Source: Candidatus Hadarchaeota archaeon
GTDB lineage: Archaea > Hadarchaeota > Hadarchaeia > Hadarchaeales > Hadarchaeaceae
Length of the DNA: 51,329 bases
Assembly: GCA_964514945.1 (NCBI GenBank)
Contig: CAZESD010000003.1
Location: 1 to 51,329 of the forward strand
Direction: 5' to 3'
This document shows, one piece after another, positions 25,737 to 35,993 of this stretch. The first letter of the stretch is position 1. Each line of letters opens with the position of its first letter. The position numbers and the translations under genes were made by a program. The notes beneath the pieces are model-generated. The model was not told the DNA's origin. It did not search any database and worked only from the letters and a program-made list of their open reading frames with translations.

Positions 25737-26513
25737 GTGATACGCGCAGTCACCTTGGATGTGTGGGGCACCCTGCTTGGTTATACGTCCGAGCTGAGCG
25801 AGTACTGGCGAGAGGCTAGAAAAAGGGGTATGTTCAAAGTACTGAGAATACTTGGATATAACTACAACATGAGCGAGATTAGCAAAGCCTACGATATGTT
25901 GGAGCGAAAAATTAGAGGGGAGGAGGTCCTCTTGCCAATTAGCTGCACGAGTTCTTCGAGGCAGCGCTTTGAATCGATGAGTGAGATAACAGTCACAGAT
26001 CAAGTGGGGCTCTTCCTGAGACTCCTTAACGTCAAAGTTCAGGGTCCTTGGTTTAAGGAACTTGTGAAACTCTATGCCGAGGCCTCGCTTGAGAAGTTGC
26101 CCACCTGTGCGAAAAATGCGCGCGAATGTCTCAGCCAATTGAAGGATGATGGCATAAAATTGGGGATAATATCCAACGTTGCCAGGACGCCAGGCAGAGT
26201 CCTCAGGATCGCTTTGGCTAGGCATGGGATACTAGAATATTTTGACGCCACGATTTTCTCCGACGAGGTTGATGTGAAAAAACCCCATCCAAAGATATTC
26301 CTACACGCCCTTTCTCAGCTAGGGGTTAAGGCCAGCGATGCTGTTCACGTGGGGGATCGCTTGCGTGAAGATGTCTACGGAGCCAAAAGGGTCGGCATGC
26401 GCGCGGTTCTTTGCCGATCCATCGCTCCTTCCCTCCCAGACGAGGAAATACTCAAACCTGACGTTTCGATTGATGAATTGACACAACTTCCAGCCGTGCT
26501 GAGGTTCATCTAA
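25737..26513 (+). CDS. HAD-superfamily hydrolase
   Basis: Start revised to GTG 25737; LDVWGTL, IISN, KKPHPKIF, HVGDRLREDVYGA. Confidence 0.9.
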   Translation: MIRAVTLDVWGTLLGYTSELSEYWREARKRGMFKVLRILGYNYNMSEISKAYDMLERKIRGEEVLLPISCTSSSRQRFESMSEITVTDQVGLFLRLLNVKVQGPWFKELVKLYAEASLEKLPTCAKNARECLSQLKDDGIKLGIISNVARTPGRVLRIALARHGILEYFDATIFSDEVDVKKPHPKIFLHALSQLGVKASDAVHVGDRLREDVYGAKRVGMRAVLCRSIAPSLPDEEILKPDVSIDELTQLPAVLRFI

Positions 26514-26550
26514 GCTCTGATCCTTTCGAACTTGGTCATTTTGATTCTCC

Positions 26551-27483
26551 TTACTTTTCCTTCTTTTTAAGTAAGGAAACGAGTAGGGCTTTTTGCGCAT
26601 GCATTCGATTTTCGGCTTGGTCCCAGACAACCGAGCGCGGCCCATCGATGACATCGTCCGTGATTTCTTGTCCTCGGCGAGCTGGCAGGCAGTGCATGAC
26701 GATGGAGTCTGGCTTTGCCCCCTTTAACAGCTGGGCATTGACTTGGTAATCCTTGAACGCCTTCATTCGTTCTCGGGCCTCTTTTTCCTGCCCCATCGAG
26801 ACCCACACGTCTGTATAAATGACGTCTGCTCCACCAACGGCTTGTTTTGGGTCGGTCGTGAACTCAACCTTTGCGCCGCTTTTCTTCGCGTTGGCTCGTG
26901 TCTGCTTTACGATATCAGCGGGCGGCTCATAGCCACGCGGACAGGCAACTGAGATGTTCGTGCCGACCAGCGTGCATCCCAGCAATAAAGAGTTGCAAAC
27001 GTTGTTTCCATCGCCAATCCACGCTATTTTAAGCCCATTGAGTTTGCCTTTGTGCTCGCGAATTGTGAGCAGGTCACTTAACGTTTGACACGGGTGGTGC
27101 AAGTTGGTCAGCCCGTTAATCACAGGTACGCTTGAGTAACGCGCGAGTTCGACAATGATATCGTGTTTAAATAGTCTTGCCATCACCACGTCAACCCAGC
27201 GTGAAAGGTTGCGGGCCACATCAGGAACGGATTCCCTCTCCCCCAGCTGGATATCAGCGGGCGCTAGGTAGATCGCGTGTCCACCAAGTTGAGTCATCCC
27301 GGTTTCGAAGGTCACCCGTGTGCGCAGTGATGGTTTCTCGAATATCATACCAAGCGTTTTACCTTTGAGCAGTTCGTGCGGTTTCCCTTTTTGAAGCTTT
27401 TCTTTGAGCTCCGCAGCTTCATCCAAAATTGCGTTGATTTCACTCGAGCTCAGGTCCTGCATAGATAACAAGTGTTTTACCAT
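26551..27483 (-). CDS. argF: Ornithine carbamoyltransferase
   Basis: PSLRTR, HPCQ, GDGNNV, DVWVSMG, HCLP, QAENR. Confidence 0.97.
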   Translation of the reverse strand: MVKHLLSMQDLSSSEINAILDEAAELKEKLQKGKPHELLKGKTLGMIFEKPSLRTRVTFETGMTQLGGHAIYLAPADIQLGERESVPDVARNLSRWVDVVMARLFKHDIIVELARYSSVPVINGLTNLHHPCQTLSDLLTIREHKGKLNGLKIAWIGDGNNVCNSLLLGCTLVGTNISVACPRGYEPPADIVKQTRANAKKSGAKVEFTTDPKQAVGGADVIYTDVWVSMGQEKEARERMKAFKDYQVNAQLLKGAKPDSIVMHCLPARRGQEITDDVIDGPRSVVWDQAENRMHAQKALLVSLLKKKEK

Positions 27484-28670
27484 TACCTTTCAGCCTCACT
27501 TAATATTCCATCCAGAGCTTCTATCAAGCGATCGATATGTTTTCGCTCGACTATCAGTGGTGGAACGAACCTCAAAACTTTATCGGCGGTGCAGTTTATC
27601 AGGAAACCTCGCTTCCTAGCTTTGACTACCGCAGCATCGGCAATTTGTTTGGTAGAGAGTTCCATCGCAAGCATTAGCCCGAGTCCTCGCACCTCTCGCA
27701 CGCACCCGTGTTTGTCTGCGAGTTCATTCAAGCGCTTTTTGAAGTACTCGCCAATTTTCGCGGCTCGTTGAGGTAGCTTCAGCTTTTGCATCGTTTTTAT
27801 CGCAGCTTTTGCAGCCACACAAGCCAAGGGATTGCCGCCGAAGGTCGAGGCGTGATTGCCTGGCGAGAACGATCCCATCACCTCAGCTCTAGCGCCAAAG
27901 CAACCGATCGGAAAACCTCCGCCGAGCGCCTTCGCCATGGTGAGTTCGTCAGGCTCCACATTCCAGTGCTCGCACGCGAACCATTTGCCCGTGCGCCCCA
28001 TCCCAGTTTGGACCTCATCGGAGATCAAGAGCGCTCCATGCTCATCGCATAGCTTTCGTAGTCCGGGCAGGTAATCGTTGGATGGTACGTTTATGCCGCT
28101 CTCGCCCTGAATCGCCTCTACGATTACAGCAGCCGTTTGCTCGCCAATCGCTCGCTCGACGGCAGCAAGGTCGTTGAAGGGCACGAAATCGAAGATTTTT
28201 GGGATGAGGGCTCCAAATGGCTCACGATAACTGGATTTCCAAGTCGCGCCAACGCTAGCTGCCGTCCTGCCGTGAAAGGAGCCCTGCATAGCGATGATAC
28301 GCTGACGCTTGGTGTGTTTGACCGCGAGCTTGAATGCACCCTCGATAGCTTCTGCACCAGAGTTGCAGAAGAAGAACTTGTTGATACTCTTTGGGACGAC
28401 GCGTGCGAGCAATGCCGCTAGCTCCGCTTGTTGTTGGATGTAATAAAGATTTGAGGTGTGCATTAACTTCTTCGCCTGAGCGGAGATCGCCTTGACAAGC
28501 GCTGGGTGGCAGTGTCCTAAAGAACAGACCGCGATCCCCCCTACGAAATCTAGATAACGCTTTCCTTGGATGTCCTCGACGAACATTCCTCGCCCCTTTA
28601 CAAGCGCCAAAGGCTGGCGTCGGTAGGTACTCGCAACGTAGCGCCCATCGAGTTCTTGGATGCGCTGCAT
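27483..28670 (-). CDS. argD: Acetylornithine aminotransferase
   Basis: NSGAEA, FHGRT, DEVQTG, MAKALGGG, TFGGNP. Confidence 0.95.
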   Translation of the reverse strand: MQRIQELDGRYVASTYRRQPLALVKGRGMFVEDIQGKRYLDFVGGIAVCSLGHCHPALVKAISAQAKKLMHTSNLYYIQQQAELAALLARVVPKSINKFFFCNSGAEAIEGAFKLAVKHTKRQRIIAMQGSFHGRTAASVGATWKSSYREPFGALIPKIFDFVPFNDLAAVERAIGEQTAAVIVEAIQGESGINVPSNDYLPGLRKLCDEHGALLISDEVQTGMGRTGKWFACEHWNVEPDELTMAKALGGGFPIGCFGARAEVMGSFSPGNHASTFGGNPLACVAAKAAIKTMQKLKLPQRAAKIGEYFKKRLNELADKHGCVREVRGLGLMLAMELSTKQIADAAVVKARKRGFLINCTADKVLRFVPPLIVERKHIDRLIEALDGILSEAER

Positions 28671-29564
28671 TTATTTGCCCCGTTCGATCATCGTGCCTAT
28701 ACCGCGCTCGGTCAAAATTTCAAGCAAAAGCACATGGGGCGCGGTGCCGCTGATGATGTGGGCGCGCTCGACGCCCCCCTGCACGGTCCTCAGGCAGGCC
28801 TCAATCTTTGGGATCATGCCTTTTTTTATGATCCCTTCTTGAATGAGCTTCTGTGCTTCCTCGACAGTCAGCTGTGAGATGAGTGATTTTTCATCCTTCG
28901 GGTCGCGCATTACACCTATAACATCAGTAAGCAGGATGAGTTTTTTCGCGCGCATAGCGGCTGCGAGTTCGGCAGCCACGACGTCGGCATTGATGTTCAG
29001 GCTGCGTCCTTCTGTATCTATGCCTATCGGAGCGATTACAGGGATGTAGCCTGTGCCCACGAGGTAGTTTATGACGGTTGGGTTTATCTGCTCGACTTCA
29101 CCGACCAACCCAAGATCTACTTCGACCTCGCGCCCCTTGCTCGTCGTGGTCTTATAGAGAAGTTTGTGAGCGCGGATGAGATTTCCATCCATGCCTGAGA
29201 TACCCACTGCGCGCCCCCCATGCTTGCTTATCCCCAGCACGATCTCCTTGTTGATTTTTCCAACGAGCTGCTCATGCAGGATCTCCATCGTCTCTTCGTC
29301 GGTCACGCGGAGCCCTTCGACGAATTTCGGCTTCTTCCCCAGTTTGCGCATCTCCTCACTTACCTCGGGCCCGCCGCCGTGCACGATCACGATCTTCATG
29401 CCGACGTAGCTTAGGAGGACGATGTCGCGGAGCATGGCATCGAGCAACTTCTTTTTCTCCATCACGCTTCCGCCGAGCTTGATAACTATCGTCTTGCCGT
29501 GAAATTGCTGGATGTAGGGCAGGGCCTCGAGCAATATCGTGGCGCGGTCTTGCATTTTCACCAC
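28671..29564 (-). CDS. argB: Acetylglutamate kinase
   Basis: EALPYIQQF, IKLGG, VHGGGP, GLRVTD, NINAD, GMIPK. Confidence 0.97.
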   Translation of the reverse strand: MVKMQDRATILLEALPYIQQFHGKTIVIKLGGSVMEKKKLLDAMLRDIVLLSYVGMKIVIVHGGGPEVSEEMRKLGKKPKFVEGLRVTDEETMEILHEQLVGKINKEIVLGISKHGGRAVGISGMDGNLIRAHKLLYKTTTSKGREVEVDLGLVGEVEQINPTVINYLVGTGYIPVIAPIGIDTEGRSLNINADVVAAELAAAMRAKKLILLTDVIGVMRDPKDEKSLISQLTVEEAQKLIQEGIIKKGMIPKIEACLRTVQGGVERAHIISGTAPHVLLLEILTERGIGTMIERGK

Positions 29565-29608
29565 TGAGTTGATTTCATTAAATTACATGTTCTTAAAGAT
29601 AATCCAAA

Positions 29609-30913
29609 CTAGGTCGTGTATTTCGAGTTGATGCGTACATAGTCATAAGTTAAATCGCATCCCCAAGCGGTAGCGCAGGCTTTTCCCGCGGCGAGGTCGG
29701 CATGGATTTCGATTTCCTTGCTGCGCATGATGTCACGCGCCCGCTTGAACGCCCGCTTTGCTTTAGGTTTGCCGTGCACGACTAAGTCAACGCGGCCCCG
29801 ATCGCTGACTAGCTCCAAACTCAGTTTTGACGGGTCAAACGATGCTCCCGAATAACCAAGGGCAGCGATTATACGGCCGTAGTTGGGGTCGCGTCCGAAA
29901 ATAGCAGCCTTGATTAAATTTGATCCCGCAATCGCAAGGGCAGCGCGGCGGGCATCCTCCCGGTTACGGGCGTTTTTAATTTGGACTTCGATCAGATGTG
30001 ATGCGCCCTCCCCATCTTTGGCGATCATCCACGCAAGTTCAGTGAGCACATAATCGAGTCCGGCCTGGAATTGCTTCTCTTGGTGCTTGAGCGTGATTAA
30101 GCGATTTTTTGCGCGCCCGTTCGCGAGTGCGAGCACCATATCATTGGTGCTTGTTTCGTTGTCGATATTGATCATGTTGAAACTCTGATTGACCGAGTTT
30201 TGGAGTGCGGCCTGGAGTACCGCAGAGCTCACCACGGCGTCGGTGACGATGAATGCGAGCATGGTTGCGGTTTGTAGATTTGGGCGGATCATGCCGGCGC
30301 CTTTTGTCATGCCAGCGATAGTTACAGGCGTTCCATCTTCGAGGTCGACCCGGACGGCGATTTCCTTGGGCGTGGTGTCGGTGGTCATGATTGCCTTAGC
30401 TGCGCTCAAGCTTGCCTCGCGTGAATTCAAGAGTTCCTCGACGGCCGCACGGATTCCAGTTTCGATTTTCCGCATGGGCAAGCGCAAGCCTATTAGGCCC
30501 GTAGATGCAACAGCGACATCTCCGGTACGAAGTTTCAACAGGCGCGCCACGAGGCGAGCCATCCGGCGCGCGTCCTGCAACCCCCGCTTACCTGTGTAAG
30601 CGTTCGCGCTCCCCGAGTTTACGACTACCGCTCCAAGCTTGCCGTTCTTCACGTGTTTCATTGTCACGAGCACCGGGGCGCCCTTCACTAAATTTGTGGT
30701 AAAGACTCCTGCGGCTGTAACTGGCCCATCTTCGTTTGCGAGCAACATCATGTCAAGTCCGCGGCGCTTGATTCCAGCCCGCACCCCAGCCGCTAGGAAT
30801 CCAGGGACCGTCGTCACGCCGCCCTCGAGCACAGTAATCATGCGAACACCAGTATCAAAGAGGTGCAAGGACGACTTTAATCTTTTTGCGCTAGAATCTC
30901 CTGCTTCGATCAT
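29609..30913 (-). CDS. argJ: Ornithine acetyltransferase / N-acetylglutamate synthase
   Basis: MTTDT, KGAGMI.PN..ATML autoproteolysis motif, STND, DGEGA, GRDPN, WGCDLTYDYV; alternative start 30841. Confidence 0.95.
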   Translation of the reverse strand: MIEAGDSSAKRLKSSLHLFDTGVRMITVLEGGVTTVPGFLAAGVRAGIKRRGLDMMLLANEDGPVTAAGVFTTNLVKGAPVLVTMKHVKNGKLGAVVVNSGSANAYTGKRGLQDARRMARLVARLLKLRTGDVAVASTGLIGLRLPMRKIETGIRAAVEELLNSREASLSAAKAIMTTDTTPKEIAVRVDLEDGTPVTIAGMTKGAGMIRPNLQTATMLAFIVTDAVVSSAVLQAALQNSVNQSFNMINIDNETSTNDMVLALANGRAKNRLITLKHQEKQFQAGLDYVLTELAWMIAKDGEGASHLIEVQIKNARNREDARRAALAIAGSNLIKAAIFGRDPNYGRIIAALGYSGASFDPSKLSLELVSDRGRVDLVVHGKPKAKRAFKRARDIMRSKEIEIHADLAAGKACATAWGCDLTYDYVRINSKYTT

Positions 30914-30920
30914 AAGGCTG

Positions 30921-31949
30921 TCATGGCCGTAGCGCTGGAACCTCTAATCCCCTTGTTTCACCAAATCCGAACATCAAGTTCATGTTTTGAATAGCCTGTC
31001 CCGAGGCGCCCTTGACGAGATTGTCGATGGCCGAAACCACGACGAGTCGATTGCCCGCCGCGTCAAGTTCGAATCCAATGTCGCAGTAGTTTGATCCAAC
31101 CACGAAGTTCACCTGCGGTAGTTCCTCAAGTACCCGCACGAAGGGCTCGCGGGCGTAGAACTTTCGGTAGAGGTCAAGTAATGATTTTTTACTAGTCGAC
31201 TTTCGCAGGAAGACATGTGCTGTTGAGAGGATTCCTCGCACGATTGAGATGAGATGGGGTGTGAAGTGGGCTTTGACCTTTCCTCCGGCCAGCTTGCTCA
31301 GCTCTTGGTCGATCTCAGGGGCGTGGCGGTGGGTGGTCGCGGCGTAAGCTCGAATGTTTGCGCATATGAGGGGGTGGTGGGTCACTTCGCTAGGTGTGGC
31401 CCCTGCACCGGAGGTTCCAGTCTTAGCGTCGATGACGATGTGGTCAAGATCGATCAGGCGTTGTTTGACTAGCGGTGCCAAGCTCAGAATTGCGGCTGTC
31501 GGGTAGCACCCCGGATTTGCGACGAGGCGTGCACGCTTGATCTTCGTGCGGTGGAGTTCAGGTATCCCATAAACCCCTTTGACCATTGGACTCTCGTGCT
31601 TGGTGTAGTATCGCTCATACACCTTAACGTCATCGAATCGGTAGTCCGCGCTGAGGTCGATTATCTTCGCTTTCTCCTTGAGCAACTTTGGCACAAATTT
31701 CATTGCGACACGATGGGGGGTAGCTACGAAGACGACATCAGTCTGCTTTCCGATTTTCACGTAGTCGGGTTTCACGATTTTCAGATTAACTATTTCACGG
31801 AGGTTTGGATGAACCTCGCCCACAAGTTTCCCGACGTTGTGGATGTCGTGGGCTCCAATGAGTTTTACCTCGGGGTGGCCGGCGAGCAACCTGAAGAGCT
31901 CCACGCCCGTGTAGCCCGATGCCCCGACTACCGCAGCCGTGATCGTCAT
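30921..31949 (-). CDS. argC: N-acetyl-gamma-glutamyl-phosphate reductase
   Basis: GASGYTG, ANPGCYPT, SGAG, HRHAPEI, DNLVKGASGQA. Confidence 0.97.
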   Translation of the reverse strand: MTITAAVVGASGYTGVELFRLLAGHPEVKLIGAHDIHNVGKLVGEVHPNLREIVNLKIVKPDYVKIGKQTDVVFVATPHRVAMKFVPKLLKEKAKIIDLSADYRFDDVKVYERYYTKHESPMVKGVYGIPELHRTKIKRARLVANPGCYPTAAILSLAPLVKQRLIDLDHIVIDAKTGTSGAGATPSEVTHHPLICANIRAYAATTHRHAPEIDQELSKLAGGKVKAHFTPHLISIVRGILSTAHVFLRKSTSKKSLLDLYRKFYAREPFVRVLEELPQVNFVVGSNYCDIGFELDAAGNRLVVVSAIDNLVKGASGQAIQNMNLMFGFGETRGLEVPALRP

Positions 31950-33436
31950 CGCGAACGCCTCCTAGCATCCTTCAATAACTTCACCTCTGCTTTTGTAATT
32001 GCTCGCCTTCGGGTGCGCGTAAGCTTCGCGCGGTATTTCGCTTCTCGCTTCAATAACTTAAGTTGATTTTTAACAGCTTTTGGCGCGGGGCCACCGGGCA
32101 GCTCCCGGGCAGCGATGCATTTGTCGAGGTCGAGAGTTCCCTTCAGTTCCTCTGGCGTTAGGTGAACCTCCTTGTCGAGAACTTCTTTCGACGCTGTCCG
32201 CAGATCCTCGATGTTCAGCTCTCCTGGGGCTCGGCTCTCCTTGGTTGCGCGGGCAATCATCCTTCCAACGATTGCATGGGCATCCCTGAAGGCCAACCCC
32301 GCCTTCCGCACGAGCACATCGGCAAGTTCGGTTGCGGCCGCGAATCCCCCTTCGGCCCGCCTGCGCATGAGCTCCCGATTCGGCTCGACCGCGCTGATTA
32401 GTTTCGCCATCACTTCCGCACCATCCCTCACCTCGTCGACGGAGTTCCACAGTGAGGGCGTTAAATCCTGAAGGTCGAGGTTATAAGATTGGGGGATGGC
32501 CTTCATCACCGCAAAGGCCCCTGAGAGGTTCCCGAAGACGCGCCCAGCCTTCGCGCGCGTGAGTTCGGCCACGACTGGGTTCTTCTTCTGAGGCATGGCG
32601 CTGCTTGTCGCCGCGAATTCCTCGGGCAATTCGATGAGGTTGAATTCCGCCGAACTCCAGAGCACGAGCTCCTCGGCCAGCCTGCTGAGGTTAGCCATTG
32701 CGATTGCTAGGGCACTCATGGCCTGCAGAGCGAAATCGCGTGAGCTGACGGCGTCCATGGCGTTCTCGTCGACTCGCTTAAAACCCAACATGTGTGCCAC
32801 CCGCACGCGATCGATGGGGAAGCTTGTCCCCGCGAGCGCGCAGGCCCCCATCGGGCATGAGTTCGTGACATCGTAGGCTTGCTCGATGCGCTCGACATCA
32901 CGGAGGAAGGCGAAAGCATAGGCGGCGAGGTGGTGCGCGAAGGTGGTGGGTTGAGCCACTTGGAGGTGGGTGTAGCCGGGCATTATCGTATCGGTATTTT
33001 TTTCGGCGAGTGCAACCAAGGCGTTCACGAGTTCGAGCAGCCTCTCCTCAACATCGAGCAGGTTTTTGCGCAGAGTCAAGCGGATCGCTGTGGCGACCTG
33101 GTCGTTGCGGCTCTTCGCGGTGTTGAGCTTGCCTCCAACTTCTTCGCTCGTCTCCTTGGTCACGAAATCTTCAACTGCCATGTGGATGTCCTCGAGCTCC
33201 GGGCGAAGATCCAACCCACTAACGCCGTGCTCGTGGAGCTTGTAAAGCGCCCGGAGGATGGCGGCCGCGTCTGAGCCGTCGATAATCCTGCGCTCAGCGA
33301 GCATGATCGTGTGAGCTAGGTTGATTTGCACGACCGAGTAGAAAATCCGAGCATCAGCTTCCATCGAGGAGATGTACTCGCTAGCCAGGGGGTCCATTGC
33401 TCGCTCAAAGCGTCCCCGGCGAATCACCCTAATCAC
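31946..33436 (-). CDS. argH: Argininosuccinate lyase
   Basis: SRNDQVAT, GYTHLQVAQP, TSSAMPQKKNP, YNLDLQ. Confidence 0.97.
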   Translation of the reverse strand: MIRVIRRGRFERAMDPLASEYISSMEADARIFYSVVQINLAHTIMLAERRIIDGSDAAAILRALYKLHEHGVSGLDLRPELEDIHMAVEDFVTKETSEEVGGKLNTAKSRNDQVATAIRLTLRKNLLDVEERLLELVNALVALAEKNTDTIMPGYTHLQVAQPTTFAHHLAAYAFAFLRDVERIEQAYDVTNSCPMGACALAGTSFPIDRVRVAHMLGFKRVDENAMDAVSSRDFALQAMSALAIAMANLSRLAEELVLWSSAEFNLIELPEEFAATSSAMPQKKNPVVAELTRAKAGRVFGNLSGAFAVMKAIPQSYNLDLQDLTPSLWNSVDEVRDGAEVMAKLISAVEPNRELMRRRAEGGFAAATELADVLVRKAGLAFRDAHAIVGRMIARATKESRAPGELNIEDLRTASKEVLDKEVHLTPEELKGTLDLDKCIAARELPGGPAPKAVKNQLKLLKREAKYRAKLTRTRRRAITKAEVKLLKDARRRSR

Positions 33437-34610
33437 CTTTCCGCTTGTGTAGGATCTTGCTCTGAAGTGCGTGGAATTTGATTACCCCTATTGCATCGCG
33501 CTGGTCGAAGCCATAACGTTCAAATGAGACAAGCTCTTTGTTGTAGAGGGAGTAAGGCGAGTTGCGGGCCACCACGCGCGAGCTGCCGCGGTCGAGTTTA
33601 ACCTTTACCTTGCCCGTAACTCTTTTTTGCGTGTTATCGATAAAGGCATCCAAGTCTTCGCGTAGCGAGTCGAACCATAGCCCGCTGTACGCCAAGTCCG
33701 CCCAGGTTTGGTCGACCACCTGCTTAAATGCCAGCTCCTGTTTCGTCAGCACGAGTTGCTCAAGCGCTCGATGGGCTTGGATTAGGACAGTCGCCGCCGG
33801 TGCTTCATAGTTCTCCCGCGCCTTCAGCCCGAGAATTCGATCTTCGATGAGTTCGATCCTACCGACGCCGTACTCGCCAGCTATCTTGTTTAGTTTGGTG
33901 ATGAGTTGGAGACCGTCCATGCGCTTTTCATCGATAGCAATCGGCACACCTTCCTTGAACTCGATTTCAACGATGCGCGGTTTCGGGAGAGCTTTCTCGG
34001 GAGGGCGGGTCCACACGTAAATCTCTTCAGGTGGAGCGTGTGCGGGGTCTTCGAGCACACCTCCCTCAATGGAGCGTCCTAAGAGGTTTTCGTCGATGCT
34101 GTAGGACTTACCTACTTTGGGGAGGGGGATGTTCTGCTTCTGCGCATACTTGAGCTCCCACTTCCGGTCAAGGTTAAGCTCTCGAATTGGTGCAATGATT
34201 TTGAGTCCGGGAGCCTTGATCGCGATGGTTGTATCGAAGCGAAACTGATCGTTTCCTTTGCCCGTGCAACCGTGCGCCACGGCATCGGCCTTTTCTTTAC
34301 GCGCGACTTCAACGATTTTGCTTGCGATGGGATAACGGGCGAGTGCTGTCGAGAGGGGATAGCCTTCATACATCCCATTCGCCTTGATGCTGCGGAAGAT
34401 GTACTCTTCGACGAATTCTTTGCGCGCGTCGACGTGAACGTGCTTGATGGCACCTAGCTGCTTTGCCTTCACTGCTATTTCCTTTAGCTCTTTGGGATCC
34501 TGACCGACATCAACGGAAACTGTGATGACATCGGCCTTGTACTTGTCCTGGAGTAAACGGACCGCGACACTAGTGTCCAGTCCTCCACTGTAAGCGAGTG
34601 CGACTTTCAT
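33429..34610 (-). CDS. argG: Argininosuccinate synthase
   Basis: AYSGGLDTS, HGCTGKGNDQFRF, YSIDENL, YEAPA. Confidence 0.97.
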   Translation of the reverse strand: MKVALAYSGGLDTSVAVRLLQDKYKADVITVSVDVGQDPKELKEIAVKAKQLGAIKHVHVDARKEFVEEYIFRSIKANGMYEGYPLSTALARYPIASKIVEVARKEKADAVAHGCTGKGNDQFRFDTTIAIKAPGLKIIAPIRELNLDRKWELKYAQKQNIPLPKVGKSYSIDENLLGRSIEGGVLEDPAHAPPEEIYVWTRPPEKALPKPRIVEIEFKEGVPIAIDEKRMDGLQLITKLNKIAGEYGVGRIELIEDRILGLKARENYEAPAATVLIQAHRALEQLVLTKQELAFKQVVDQTWADLAYSGLWFDSLREDLDAFIDNTQKRVTGKVKVKLDRGSSRVVARNSPYSLYNKELVSFERYGFDQRDAIGVIKFHALQSKILHKRKGD

Positions 34611-34781
34611 TTCCGCACCACTTGTTGTTTACGAAGTCGACATAAAAGGTTTGAGGTATTTTGGGCCGATGCGAGGGGGGCAACGTACATATATTGGGCT
34701 CCGTCTCCGAAAACCTTTTAGCGTTCGCCCTCCATCGCTACAGTTGAGCCTTTGGGCGTGGAAATAGCGAGGATTGTATAG

Positions 34782-35078
34782 ATGGAAGTGGTAGTCAAGT
34801 TGCAAGGTGACCTGCGCGAGAAGGCTGGCACCAACACGATAAAAGTTTCGATCGAGGAGGACGAGACCGTCGACACCTTGCTCATGAAGCTCGGCCGACG
34901 TCACCCCCGAGTGGTCGAAATGATCCTTGATCCGACAACGGGGGAGCTTCAGGAGAAGTTCAACATCCTGCTCAACGGCCGAAGGATTCAGCAGATCCGC
35001 GGAATTCACACGAAGCTCAAGCATAAGGACGAGGTCGCGATTTTTCCGCCTGCAGTTGAGAGCAGCGCGGCAGAGTGA
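34782..35078 (+). CDS. MoaD/ThiS/SAMP-like beta-grasp protein lacking terminal Gly-Gly
   Basis: LREKAG, ILLNGR, LKHKDEVAIFPP; ends AVESSAAE instead of GG. Confidence 0.8.
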   Translation: MEVVVKLQGDLREKAGTNTIKVSIEEDETVDTLLMKLGRRHPRVVEMILDPTTGELQEKFNILLNGRRIQQIRGIHTKLKHKDEVAIFPPAVESSAAE

Positions 35079-35243
35079 CTCACCTGGCTTTGGAAGGACT
35101 GGACGGGAGGCACGTCGATATCGGTTTTTCAGGCGCTCTACGGCACAGCGGTTTATGGGATCTTAAAGTTCGCCATCGCCGCTCCCCTCTCGGTCGGGCT
35201 GATTGGATTTTTGATAGAGCTTCCTATCCTACTTCAAATTTAA
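35079..35243 (+). pseudogene. Probable PstC-like ABC permease fragment, in frame after the SAMP-like stop
   Basis: LTWLWKDW...LYGTAVYGILKFAIAAPLSVGLIGFLIELP resembles PstC W...IYGT...IAVPLGIG..IFLSEY. Confidence 0.45.
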
Positions 35244-35396
35244 AAAGCGGGACCAAAATACCAGAGCAAAATAGGGATAAGCACTTCAGCAGAGTCTCTT
35301 GGAGATTTCTTTGACATCGGCCAAGAACGCCCAAATATGAATGCACGTTCATATAAATGGCTGCTATAGTTTAGTGGCATGGTAATTGGGGGATAA

Positions 35397-35993
35397 ATGG
35401 AGATCGTGTTAGTCGGCCGCTCGAATGTGGGCAAGTCAAGCGTAATCAAGCAGCTCACAGGAAAGCGGGTTCGGGTGGGCAAGCGGCCCGGGGTGACGCG
35501 CAGGCCCTACCACTATCGATGCGGCGAGCTCGAGCTGGTTGATATGCCGGGCTTCGGCTTTATGGTGGGCGTCAGTCGCAAAAGGCAGGAAGAGATAAAG
35601 ACGAGTATTGTGCGCTACTTGGAGCGAAATCGGCGAAGAATTCTGTTTGCACTCGAGGTGCTCGATGCCCGCGCCTTCGGCGAGATCGTAGAACGGTGGG
35701 AACGGCGGGGCCAGGTGCCCGTAGACATTGAGATGTTTCAGTTTTTACAGGAACTCGAATTCCACCCAATCGTTGTCGTGAACAAGATTGATCTCATTTA
35801 TCCTGAGGAGCGCGATGAAGTGTTAGATGAAATTTGTGAAAAGCTGGGGTTGCAAGCACCGTGGCGACAATGGCTCGATGTAATTACTCCGATATCGGCG
35901 AAAACAGGCGAAGGCATGTATGAGCTGAAGAAGCTGGTTGGAGGGAGGTTACGCGCGCTAGGTCGGGAGCGTTTGTTGAAATATCTCAAGTGA
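35397..35993 (+). CDS. engB: GTP-binding protein EngB
   Basis: GRSNVGKSS, PGVT, DMPGFG, NKID. Confidence 0.93.
   Translation: MEIVLVGRSNVGKSSVIKQLTGKRVRVGKRPGVTRRPYHYRCGELELVDMPGFGFMVGVSRKRQEEIKTSIVRYLERNRRRILFALEVLDARAFGEIVERWERRGQVPVDIEMFQFLQELEFHPIVVVNKIDLIYPEERDEVLDEICEKLGLQAPWRQWLDVITPISAKTGEGMYELKKLVGGRLRALGRERLLKYLK

Noticed and set aside
25641-26225. 194-aa minus-strand ORF
   Set aside because: Antisense shadow of the HAD hydrolase
35075-35314. 79-aa ORF from the track
   Set aside because: No motifs; a different frame carries the PstC-like signal
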